Part shown: piece by piece, positions 10,201 through 19,066 of the stretch | Layout of the letters: every line of letters starts with the position of its first letter | Numbering within the stretch: position 1 is the stretch's first letter | From: an uncultured candidate division Zixibacteria bacterium | Lineage (GTDB): Bacteria > Zixibacteria > MSB-5A5 > UBA10806 | Assembly (NCBI GenBank): GCA_963801605.1 | Contig: CAWDFP010000006.1 | Location: forward strand, 1,600,001-1,664,000 | Direction of reading: 5' to 3' | DNA length: 64,000 nucleotides | Notes under the pieces: model-generated | Told to the model about the DNA's origin: nothing | Database searches by the model: none | The model's input: the letters and a program-made list of their open reading frames with translations, nothing else | Made by a program: the position numbers and the translations under genes

Positions 10201-12649
10201 CTGGATTCTGGCAGGCTCTGTCACCGATACTACCGGTGTAGTTAATATCCAGGCAGGCCAGGATGGCGTTTGGGCCTTCGCTGTGACAGCAGTCGATAAC
10301 GGCGCTCCGCAGCTTGAATCTATACACTCCAACGAACCGTTCCTGGCAGTAGGTAACCTGCCGCCACTCTTCCTCAGAGGATTATCTGATCAAGATGGTT
10401 ATGTACCACTTAGTTGGAGTGCTCCGGGTATGAGGCCCACAACCACGCTTTCCTACGATGACGGCACCTGTGTTCTTGGTTGGTACTATTACGACGATAA
10501 CAACATTATCGCCAACATGTTTACTGCCAATTCGCCAATCGAATTAGACACCCTCTGGATACACGTCTTTACCGAGGGCGATCCTGGTTGGCCGTGGCCA
10601 GATCCAGCACCTGATCCGTTCAATATTGTGGTATTCGATGATGATGGTACCGGGTTTCCTGGCGAGCAAGTTCTCAGTCAGGAAGTCATGGGAGAGCTCG
10701 GTCAGGCGTGGATAGCACTGGCAATCGATGGCGGCCTGATTCTTAACGGTCCTAATTTCTGGGTTGGTTTCCAGAATATCAGCACCGATGGTCAGGAAGG
10801 TATCGGCCAGGATGCGACCACAGACTTCCCGGGTGTTAAATGGCAAAGAGTGAGCGACGCCTGGTCTCCGCAAGATCTATATCCCGGCGATCAGATGATC
10901 CGCGCGACTATCGTCGATAACGGCCGCGACATTCTATTGAGCGAGAAAGCTCCCACACAGGAACTGGCGCTCAAGACCCCACGGCCATCCTTCGATATTC
11001 CGGGTGGACACTCGGTAGCCAGCACTCAGGGCAACTTTAGCGTTGGCCTTTCCGATGGCGGCGATAACCCTCGTCCGTTTGATACCGAGGTTCTGGTTGG
11101 TTATAATATTTACAGATCGACATCCCCTAACGTCCAGCCGATCGTCGGCAACAGGATCAGGGGTTATCAGAACCAACCTGGTACTTCATATCGGGATTCC
11201 GCTATTACCAACGGTACCACATACTATTATGTTGTTACCGCGGTATACGATAACGGCGGTACTTTCGATGAATCGCCGGTTTCCAATGAGATCGCAGCCA
11301 CTCCGAGATTGGGCGCTCGCATGGTTGTCAACCCGCTATCCTTTAACGTTACGGGACAAATTGGCAGAACGACCACTGCACCTCTCAATATCGCGAACAC
11401 AGGCGGACTGGATCTCAATTACAATGTAGTAGCTACTACTACCTTAAGGTTGGATAACCGCCGTCATGGCAACACCCACTTCACGGATTCGGAGCATCCG
11501 ACACGCGTTAATAACGGCGATAAATCGAATACTCCTCGCAATCCTAATAATCCGCCGGTATTGATGGGTCGCGGCGGGCCGGATGAGTTTGGTTATTCCT
11601 GGATCGATTCTGATGAGCCGGGTGGTCCCGCTTACAACTGGATAGACATTACCGATCGTGGTGCTCAGCTCTATATGGGTGACGATGATAGCCAGGGGCC
11701 GTTCGATATTGGCTTTAACTTCCCATTCTATGGCCAAACGTTCAGCACGTTCCGGGTTTGCTCAAATGGTTTCATCAGCTTCACAAGCACCATGACCCCA
11801 TGGAGCAACCTGCCTATTCCGGGCGTTGATAATCCCTCGGATCTCGTGGCACCGTTCTGGACTGATCTTGCTCCCAACAACGGCGGCGAGGTTTGGTACT
11901 ATTCCGATGGCAGCCAACTTGTTGTTTCCTATATCAATGTCGCTCACTTCGATTGGGACACTGGCGTGGGACCGTACACCCTTCAGGTTATTTTGACATC
12001 CAGCGGCGCAATCTTCTTCAACTATGCAGACATCAATCCGCCGGATAATGATGAGACAATCGGAATACAGAATGGCGATGGCAGCATAGGTCTTCAGATA
12101 GCCTATAACCAAACCTACGTCCATGCCGGTCTAACCGCGCGCATTACATCTGGTTGGCTTTCCGCTGATCCAGCATCCGGTACTGTTACTCCGGGTAACA
12201 ACGTCAATACCACCATCATTTTTGACGCTACCACGCTGGAAGAAGGAACGTACACCGGATCATTAACGGTTACCGGTTTCGACGCTAACCATCAGGTTGG
12301 CGAAGTAAGTATTCCAGTCACCTTCCATGTGACTCCTCAAGGTATTCAGGAACAAGGAAACGATTTACCAACGGAGTTTGCACTTTCTCAGAACTATCCG
12401 AACCCGTTTAACCCGACGACGGAAATTGACTTTGCATTGCCATCAGCGGCACATGTATCGCTCGATATCTTTAACGTTCTGGGTCAGAAGGTCCGGACTC
12501 TGATCAACTCCGATATGCAGGCTGGTTATAAGACGGTCGTCTGGGACGGCGCTGACGATAACGGCAGCAGCGTATCATCTGGTACATTCTTCTATGTTCT
12601 TAAGACCGGAGATAAAGTCTTCACGAAGAAGATGACGATGCTTAAGTAA
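4232..12649 (+). CDS. Giant secreted S8 (subtilase, bacillopeptidase F-like) serine protease, about 2,800 aa, with propeptide, Ig/FN3 repeats, inserted accessory domains and C-terminal FlgD/T9SS-type domain; frameshifts near 5271 and 7997
   Basis: GGAG then ATG 4232; signal peptide; LDTG, HGTH and AAGNEG. After the first shift the sequence reads GQRTLRVPADRA...FSSRGP...KPEVVAPG...GWSGTSMATPH, completing the catalytic triad. ORFs 4217..5320, 5512..8037 and 7973..12649 join seamlessly. Ends LSQNYPNPFNPTT...TKKMTMLK. Confidence 0.9.
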
Positions 12650-12669
12650 GCTCCAAAGCTTACCTGTTT

Positions 12670-12706
12670 GGCCCTCGCTCCTTAACCGGAGCGGGGGCTT
12701 TTTTTT
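12670..12706 (+). terminator. Rho-independent terminator
   Basis: GCCCTCGCTCC-loop-GGAGCGGGGGC followed by T8. Confidence 0.9.
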
Positions 12707-13032
12707 GGGTTAAATGTTCAGGCAATTTGGAGAATCAAATTCTTGTAGATTGGAATTTCTATATGAATTCTGATTATCATCAAAATGCTAAAGTGTGAAA
12801 TATTGTGCATCGAAAGGTTAGCGGAGTGCTTTTGCGTTATGATAATTTCAGCCAGGGATAAAAGGGAAATATTAAATGCAACCGCAAAGGCGCAATTAAT
12901 GCAATGCGATGATAGGAGTTATCAACGGGAGTCAGGGTGTCTAAAATATGCACAGAACGATATTAATAGGCATTTATTCGGGCATAACCTTTGCTGAATA
13001 TCTATCTGAACAGAATAGCTTTTGGAGGAATA

Positions 13033-13413
13033 ATGAGGTGCTTCTTTCACGGACGAAATCGAGATGCTGATGGAGTACCGGGATTTAATGGTCTGGTCAG
13101 TTTTGCCATTCCGGATATCGGAATTACATTTAGAGCGCGATATACAGGTAGTCGTGACGAATGCGAATATGCCAGCCTGCTGGCGCTTTTGGAATTCGTA
13201 GAACTTAATCCACATTTATTCAGGAACAAGAGAATCGAGATATATGGCAATGATTACCTGGTTATCAGCCAGGTAAACAAAGGCACGCGACCATCCCGTA
13301 ACCTCGAACCATACATGAACATGGCTGTCGGTTACAGACATAAAATTCCGTTTACGCTTAATTGGATTCCCGATAATGAAAACCTGGCGCAGGATGGTTT
13401 GACAACCGGATAA
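13033..13413 (+). CDS. RNase HI-like (RVT_3/RNase H fold) small protein, catalytic acidic residues partly replaced
   Basis: GGAGG then ATG 13033. Pattern FFHG...ECEYASLLALLE...IEIYGNDYLVISQV...WIPDNENLAQD aligns by eye with RNase HI YxDG...AEYxAL...GDSxLVxxQ...WIPRExNxxAD. Confidence 0.65.
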   Translation: MRCFFHGRNRDADGVPGFNGLVSFAIPDIGITFRARYTGSRDECEYASLLALLEFVELNPHLFRNKRIEIYGNDYLVISQVNKGTRPSRNLEPYMNMAVGYRHKIPFTLNWIPDNENLAQDGLTTG

Positions 13414-13441
13414 ATTTGAACTGTTAAAGCAGTCATCAAAT

Positions 13442-13483
13442 AAAAATCGAGGCTTATGATTATTCCACAGCCTCGATTTTTTT
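13442..13483. terminator. Bidirectional terminator-like hairpin
   Basis: Perfect 13-bp inverted repeat AAAAATCGAGGCT / AGCCTCGATTTTT with a T-run. Confidence 0.8.
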
Positions 13484-13490
13484 CATTTTA

Positions 13491-13518
13491 TTGACATGAC
13501 GTAAATTTATGCTATCTT
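13491..13518 (+). promoter_or_regulatory. Putative sigma70 promoter of the carboxypeptidase gene
   Basis: TTGACA, 16-nt spacer, TATCTT preceded by an extended -10 TG. Confidence 0.65.
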
Positions 13519-13584
13519 ATATTTTCGATGGGTATCGATTGCCCTGGTAGAGAGCCAAGTCTTATTGACAATAAGGAGCGGTAA

Positions 13585-15849
13585 ATGAATAAAAGCATTT
13601 CATTTTTAATTGCCTTGATTCTGATTTCCTCGTCGCTGGCGATGGGCGCCACTCAGGAACGTCCCATGCTGGTACGGGTCGATCTCAGTCAACCGGGCGC
13701 CAGGGATATTATCCGTCAGGGCGATTTCGATATCGCAACTGTGACGCGAGACGGGTTTGCCGAAATCGTAGCCGATGACAACGATTACCAGAGATTGCTA
13801 AGCGCCGGGTTGCAACCGCAGATTATACATGACGATTTAGTGGCATTTTATCAATCGCGCACACCGGTGACCGCCACCATGGGGGGATTCCGGACGCTAT
13901 CCGAAGCGCTCGCATATATGGATACGCTTCATACGCTTTATCCAAATTTAACCACGGCCAGGGATTCCATTGGCCATACTTACCAGGGGCGTGGCATCTG
14001 GATGATGAAGATTTCTCAACATCCTGATTCCATGGAAGATAAGCCGCGATTGTTGATCAATGGCCTGACCCATGCCAGAGAGCCGATGGGAATGGAAGCC
14101 TGTTTGAGATATATGAATTATCTATTAAGCAATTATGGCACTGATTCGATGGCCACTTATTTAGTCAATAATCGCGAATTTTATTTCGTACCGATATTCA
14201 ATGCCGATGGCTATGAGTACAATCGTCAAACCAACCCCAACGGCGGCGGCATGTGGCGAAAAAATCGTCATGGGCAGGGGGTCGATCTTAACCGCAATTG
14301 GGGATACATGTGGGGTTATGATAACAACGGCTCATCGCCTAATGCCTGGGCGGAAACTTATCGCGGGACGGCCGCCTTTTCCGAGCCGGAGACTCAATCC
14401 CTGAGAGCTTTCATCGATTCGACGCATTTTAATATCATAATGAGTTTTCATACATTTGGCGATTATTTCCTCTATCCCTGGGGGTATGCCAATATTTACA
14501 CTCCCGATCAGGCACTATTTGAAATAATCGGTGATGTCTGCACCGCAACGAATGGATATATGCCCGGGACTCCCTGGGAGCTTTTGTATAATACCAACGG
14601 GGAATGCACAGATTGGATGTATGGTGAGACAACCGAAAAGCCCAGAGTGTTGGGATTCGTCATGGAAATTGGCGATCAAAATGATGGATTCTGGGCTCAA
14701 CCGAGCCGCGTTCCGGTTCTCTGGGAAGGGGTACTTCCGGCGCTATTATATCTTTCCAGGATTGCAGCCGATCCATACGCCGAAGGCCCGCCGAATGCGC
14801 CGGTTCTGAATCCCATAGGCAATATCGATACCGATTCGCTAACGGTAAGCTGGCAGCATAATGATACTTTAAATCCGGCTGTCGCTTATGAACTGGTACA
14901 ATATAGCGCTATGCAACGTGTAACCGACGATTTCGAGCTCGATTATGGGTATTGGAATATGACCGGATTTGCCTGGAGATCGACACGTTCTCATTCCGGC
15001 ACTTATTCTCTTTTTTCGGGCGATCAGAACAATTATGATGCCCTCTCACGCCGGACAACCGCAATTGAAGTCGGAGTTGGCGATACGCTTAAATTTTGGA
15101 CATGGTACGATATCGAGCAGGGATACGATTACGCCTATGTACAACTTTCAACCGATGGGGGCCTGACGTTCACCAATATCCCGGGTAATATAACGACAAT
15201 TTATAACCCCAATAATCGTAATATGGGGAATGGTATTACCGGGACTACGGCGAATTGGACCTTAGCGAAATTCCCGCTCAACTCTTATGTCGGACAATCG
15301 GTAGTATTGGGATTTCGATATAACACTGACGGGGCAACAACAGGCGAAGGATTCTATGTTGACGATTTCTGGCCGATTGAATCCTTCCAGCATATCGATA
15401 CTTTAAATTCCAATATTACGACTAATTACTACAATATCTCGAATCTTGCCGACGGAAATTATTACTACGAGGTTCGCGCCAGGGATGCACAAGGACAATG
15501 GTCGGGATTTTCCAACCGCGAGACAGCAATCGTTCATCTGCTTTCGGCCGGAGATGAGCCAAACCTGCCGGTATCGCTATCGTTGAGCCAGAACTATCCC
15601 AATCCTTTTAATCCTAATACTACGATTTCATTCACAATTCCCGGAAAGACCCACGTGGAACTGAGTGTTTACGATGTCACGGGCGCCAGGGTGGCGACCA
15701 TGATGAATTCGGATCTTGAGGCCGGAAACTATCATGTCAGTTTCGACGGGGGCGACGAAAATGGTAAGTCGCTTTCGAGCGGAGTATATTTCTACAGGCT
15801 TAAGGCCGATAACCAAGTCTTGACCAGGAAAATGGTTTTCATGAAGTAG
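13585..15849 (+). CDS. Secreted M14 zinc carboxypeptidase (carboxypeptidase T-like) with FN3, immune-inhibitor-A/MAM-like jelly-roll and C-terminal FlgD/T9SS-type domain
   Basis: AAGGAG RBS; signal peptide; HARE, WRKNR, GVDLNRN, FSEPET, FHTF and catalytic E in FVMEIG; WYDIEQGYDYAYV; LSQNYPNPFNP. Confidence 0.92.
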   Translation: MNKSISFLIALILISSSLAMGATQERPMLVRVDLSQPGARDIIRQGDFDIATVTRDGFAEIVADDNDYQRLLSAGLQPQIIHDDLVAFYQSRTPVTATMGGFRTLSEALAYMDTLHTLYPNLTTARDSIGHTYQGRGIWMMKISQHPDSMEDKPRLLINGLTHAREPMGMEACLRYMNYLLSNYGTDSMATYLVNNREFYFVPIFNADGYEYNRQTNPNGGGMWRKNRHGQGVDLNRNWGYMWGYDNNGSSPNAWAETYRGTAAFSEPETQSLRAFIDSTHFNIIMSFHTFGDYFLYPWGYANIYTPDQALFEIIGDVCTATNGYMPGTPWELLYNTNGECTDWMYGETTEKPRVLGFVMEIGDQNDGFWAQPSRVPVLWEGVLPALLYLSRIAADPYAEGPPNAPVLNPIGNIDTDSLTVSWQHNDTLNPAVAYELVQYSAMQRVTDDFELDYGYWNMTGFAWRSTRSHSGTYSLFSGDQNNYDALSRRTTAIEVGVGDTLKFWTWYDIEQGYDYAYVQLSTDGGLTFTNIPGNITTIYNPNNRNMGNGITGTTANWTLAKFPLNSYVGQSVVLGFRYNTDGATTGEGFYVDDFWPIESFQHIDTLNSNITTNYYNISNLADGNYYYEVRARDAQGQWSGFSNRETAIVHLLSAGDEPNLPVSLSLSQNYPNPFNPNTTISFTIPGKTHVELSVYDVTGARVATMMNSDLEAGNYHVSFDGGDENGKSLSSGVYFYRLKADNQVLTRKMVFMK

Positions 15850-15872
15850 ATAATTTCCAAATGGAAATTGCG

Positions 15873-15907
15873 AGCCCCCCGGATTAAATAATTCAGGGGG
15901 CTTTTTT
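15873..15907 (+). terminator. Rho-independent terminator
   Basis: AGCCCCC...GGGGGCT stem followed by a T-run. Confidence 0.8.
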
Positions 15908-15925
15908 ATGGGGCTCAATAAGTGC

Positions 15926-15954
15926 TTGACCGCAGGCCCATCAATTTGCATAAT
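15926..15954 (+). promoter_or_regulatory. Putative tRNA promoter
   Basis: TTGACC, 17-nt spacer, CATAAT, 12 nt upstream of the tRNA. Confidence 0.7.
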
Positions 15955-15966
15955 TGAGAATTGACC

Positions 15967-16050
15967 GGAGGGCTAGCCCTAACTGGTAAGGCAGCAGACT
16001 TGAAATCTGCCGACCGCAAGGTCATGGGGGTTCGAATCCCTCGCCCTCCG
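15967..16050 (+). tRNA. tRNA-Ser (anticodon UGA), CCA not encoded
   Basis: Acceptor GGAGGGC/GCCCTCC plus discriminator G; anticodon arm GCAGA-CT TGA AA-TCTGC; long variable arm GACC-GCAA-GGTC; T-loop TTCGAAT. Confidence 0.95.
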
Positions 16051-16240
16051 CTTAAGTTTCCAGCCCCAATACCAAGTAATTACATAGCATAACATATCCA
16101 TGTTGTATTAATTTTAAAATATTCGCGTTTTTGCTATTTATAAGGCTAGACTTGATGGCAATCGGAAACATCCAGGCCGTCATTTCGGTTAGAAATACCG
16201 AGTTTTAAAGTAGCCGAGGATTCATCACGAGGGGGTGGTA

Positions 16241-16792
16241 ATGTCGAAGCTTATTCCGCTATCGGTTTTGATTATAGCCTCGATATGCATTAGCTCCGCA
16301 ATATCGCTTAGCGCTCGGCTGCTTGAAAATAGTTTATCCAAGGCAATAAGCAATATCAGTGAAGGCAATATTATGCAAAATGCATCGGCGACAATCGTAA
16401 AAAGCAATGACGAGTGGCGCAAGGAGCTTTCTCCCAAGCAATATTATATTCTGCGCGAAAAGGGGACTGAAGCCGCCTTTAGCGGGGAATATCTAAATAA
16501 TCATGAAAGCGGAATTTACGTTTGCGCCGGCTGTGGGAATGAACTATTCAGCTCGGCACAAAAGTTTGATTCCGGCACCGGCTGGCCGAGTTTTTGGGCG
16601 CCGATATCGGCGGATAAAATCGAAGAGCATACCGATCAGGCGTTATGGATGACAGTCACCGAAGTGGTCTGCAGCCGTTGCGGCGGACATCTTGGCCATG
16701 TTTTCGATGATGGTCCCAGGCCGACCGGTTTACGCTATTGCATAAATTCGGCAGCGTTAAAATTCATTCCGGCCGTCAAGAAAGAATCATGA
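16241..16792 (+). CDS. msrB: Peptide-methionine (R)-S-oxide reductase with N-terminal signal/anchor
   Basis: LREKGTE, CAGC and CSRC zinc motifs, [23 protein letters not shown]. Confidence 0.95.
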   Translation: MSKLIPLSVLIIASICISSAISLSARLLENSLSKAISNISEGNIMQNASATIVKSNDEWRKELSPKQYYILREKGTEAAFSGEYLNNHESGIYVCAGCGNELFSSAQKFDSGTGWPSFWAPISADKIEEHTDQALWMTVTEVVCSRCGGHLGHVFDDGPRPTGLRYCINSAALKFIPAVKKES

Positions 16793-16936
16793 TTTTTGGG
16801 CTATCATTTCCGGCAACGCTAATTTTCCTATCCTCAATTGCGTAAATTTAGTATAATCCTGCGAAATAAATTAAGCGGTTTGTTTTCGATGACATTGAAT
16901 TGGTAATTTTAATTGATTAAATTTGCAGGTTAGGTT

Positions 16937-17395
16937 ATGGTTTCAATATTCAAGAAAATATTCAATCAGAATAACAGTTTTAATATTATCGATACTGAAC
17001 CCGGCAAACGGGTTCAGGTTGCGACCTGCGCCATTTTGATGGCAGTGGCTGGCGCCGATGAGTACACCAAAGAAGAAAGCAGTCGAATTATCCAGATTCT
17101 GGAAAAGGAATTCAATCTGACTGCCGAGGATGCTGAGGCTCTAATCGAGGTGGCCGGCAGAGAATATGACAGGAGTATCGACTATTGGAAATTTACCAAC
17201 ACCCTGAACGTAACTCTTTCGGAAGCCGAACGAATCGGGATAATGGAAAATGTCTGGAGAGTGGTTTATACCGACGGCCAACTGAGCGCCCATGAAGATA
17301 CGCTGGTACATAAATTATCGTTTCTGCTGAACTTACGGCATGACCAGATGATCGCGGCCAAACTTAAAATCAGGAAAGAGCAGGGATTGGATTGA
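16937..17395 (+). CDS. TerB family (tellurite-resistance-like) protein
   Basis: AILMAVAGAD...E; WRVVYTDGQLSAHE...LL helical TerB signature. Confidence 0.8.
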   Translation: MVSIFKKIFNQNNSFNIIDTEPGKRVQVATCAILMAVAGADEYTKEESSRIIQILEKEFNLTAEDAEALIEVAGREYDRSIDYWKFTNTLNVTLSEAERIGIMENVWRVVYTDGQLSAHEDTLVHKLSFLLNLRHDQMIAAKLKIRKEQGLD

Positions 17396-17508
17396 TAGGA
17401 GAGGGCGGGGATTTACGAGTTAGAATTTATTCTTTTTTTGAATTCACCCGATTGCCTAAATGGGATGATTTAGCCGGTCGTAAAACCCTCAACCGTCAAT
17501 ATTTTTGC

Positions 17509-17536
17509 TTGACGACCATTGAATCAGGCATATATT
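17509..17536 (+). promoter_or_regulatory. Putative atp operon promoter
   Basis: TTGACG, 16-nt spacer, TATATT. Confidence 0.6.
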
Positions 17537-17560
17537 GGTCCTGTTTTTGGATTAGGAGTC

Positions 17561-17791
17561 GTGACAGAAAATAAACAAAAGGGCTATCGCCAACTCGCCC
17601 TGGCGACAACGATTCCTCTAATTATGGTGGCGGCCCCCGCAGTGGGATATTTTATCGGGGTATATCTCGATAAACTGCTGGGTTTGAAAGGCACCATGTC
17701 GATCATCTTCCTGCTTTTGGGGGTAGTGGCCGGAGGGCTTGAGACTTATAACCTGATAAAAGAGATAATTAAAGAAGACAGTGGATCTTAA
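17561..17791 (+). CDS. AtpZ/AtpI-family (ATPase gene 1) membrane protein
   Basis: AGGAG then GTG 17561; two TM helices with the GYFIGVYLDKLLG pattern; first gene of the atp operon. Confidence 0.8.
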   Translation: MTENKQKGYRQLALATTIPLIMVAAPAVGYFIGVYLDKLLGLKGTMSIIFLLLGVVAGGLETYNLIKEIIKEDSGS

Positions 17792-18197
17792 ATTCGTTGA
17801 TAGGGTTATAAAGACAACCCTGATACTTTCAGCAGTACTTTTTCCTTTCTTCGCGCTTTACATTAAAATGAGCTTTGCGCTCTCTGTTCTTTTTGGCGCT
17901 GTTTGGGGCGCTCTGAATTTATTAGGAATTAAAATCATTATCACAAGCTTGCTGCCCGGGCCGACCAGAAAACCGGTTTTAGGTTTTGCGGTATTGTTTC
18001 TCAAGCTGCCAGTCCTGTATATAATCGGATATTTCTTGGTAACATGGCACTACCTGTCTGTCTATGGTTTGCTGTGGGGCTTTTCAGGAATTTTTATTGT
18101 GGCGTTACTAAAGGTGTTGGGACGGATGTATCTCGGTCTCGATGATATCAAGAAGGCGCCGGAAAGCAGCCCCAAGGCTCAGGGGACAAAAGCGTGA
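17781..18197 (+). CDS. atpI: ATP synthase protein I
   Basis: Four TM helices; sits directly before atpB. Confidence 0.75.
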   Translation: MDLKFVDRVIKTTLILSAVLFPFFALYIKMSFALSVLFGAVWGALNLLGIKIIITSLLPGPTRKPVLGFAVLFLKLPVLYIIGYFLVTWHYLSVYGLLWGFSGIFIVALLKVLGRMYLGLDDIKKAPESSPKAQGTKA

Positions 18198-19051
18198 ATC
18201 ATCTCTTGACCTTGTTCGCGGTAGCGCAAACCGAACATTCCGCAGTCGCCGATACAGTTGCCCATGCTGCCAGCGGGACAGCCGAACAGAGCGCTCCCGA
18301 ATTTCCGAACATATTAGAGATTCTTCATCAAACCTATCACGGTCAAAATGCGCTTATAAATTTACTTTTCCAGTTCAGGATTGTCTTTTTCTCGACGCTG
18401 GTTTGGCTCATCCTGGGGCTTTTGGCATACGCGGCATTTCGGAAGAGGACTCTAATACCGTCCCCAATTCAAAATTTTATGGAATGGGTGGTGGAGTCGT
18501 TAGCTAATATGATCACCGGGGTTCTGGGGGAGAGAGGCAAGCAGTTCATTCCATTTATCGGAACTCTCTTCGTGTACATTTTCGGTATGAACCTGTTCGG
18601 CCTTATACCGGGTATGTTTTCACCGACATCCAAACTTAATACGACCTTAGCATTGGCCATATGCGTTTTCTTATATGTGCAATATACCGGCCTTCGAAAT
18701 TTTGGAATACTGGGATATTTGCATCACTTAGCAGGGTCACCCAAATCGGGCGTTGAGTGGGCTTTGGTGCCGCTCAATTTACCGCTGCATATAATCGGAG
18801 AGCTGGCCAGGCCGGTATCGCTCTCGCTTCGTCTTTTCGGGAATATCACCGGTGAGGATATGCTTTTGGCGATCTTCGCAACGCTGGGAGTTTCGGTGCT
18901 GAGTTTCACGCACATGCCCATTGGAATTCCCCTGCAGTTGCCGTTCATATTCCTGGCGATTTTAACCAGCTTTGTGCAGGCGCTGGTTTTTACCCTTCTG
19001 ACGACAATTTATTTTTCACTTATGTCAACCCATGATGAAGAGCATCATTAA
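18194..19051 (+). CDS. atpB: F0 subunit a
   Basis: NLFGLIPG, PVSLSLRLFGNI, VQALVFTLLT. Confidence 0.97.
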   Translation: MNHLLTLFAVAQTEHSAVADTVAHAASGTAEQSAPEFPNILEILHQTYHGQNALINLLFQFRIVFFSTLVWLILGLLAYAAFRKRTLIPSPIQNFMEWVVESLANMITGVLGERGKQFIPFIGTLFVYIFGMNLFGLIPGMFSPTSKLNTTLALAICVFLYVQYTGLRNFGILGYLHHLAGSPKSGVEWALVPLNLPLHIIGELARPVSLSLRLFGNITGEDMLLAIFATLGVSVLSFTHMPIGIPLQLPFIFLAILTSFVQALVFTLLTTIYFSLMSTHDEEHH

Positions 19052-19066
19052 GAGTAGGAGGATTTA

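Noticed and set aside
12785..12997. Short intergenic ORF 12785..12997 (also 17392..17574 and 25810..26034)
   Set aside because: No RBS or recognisable motif; they overlap promoter-like elements.
13033..13413. Retron, DGR or retroelement remnant
   Set aside because: Only an RNase H-like fold; no reverse transcriptase motifs or template/variable repeat pair in the window.
15967..16050. Selenocysteine or suppressor tRNA
   Set aside because: Anticodon is TGA (reads UCA, Ser), not TCA; normal 7-bp acceptor and 5-bp T stem.
16051..17400. Genomic island integrated at tRNA-Ser (likewise at tRNA-Arg, 61091 onward)
   Set aside because: No integrase and no duplicated tRNA 3' end found in the window; AT-rich flanks alone are insufficient.
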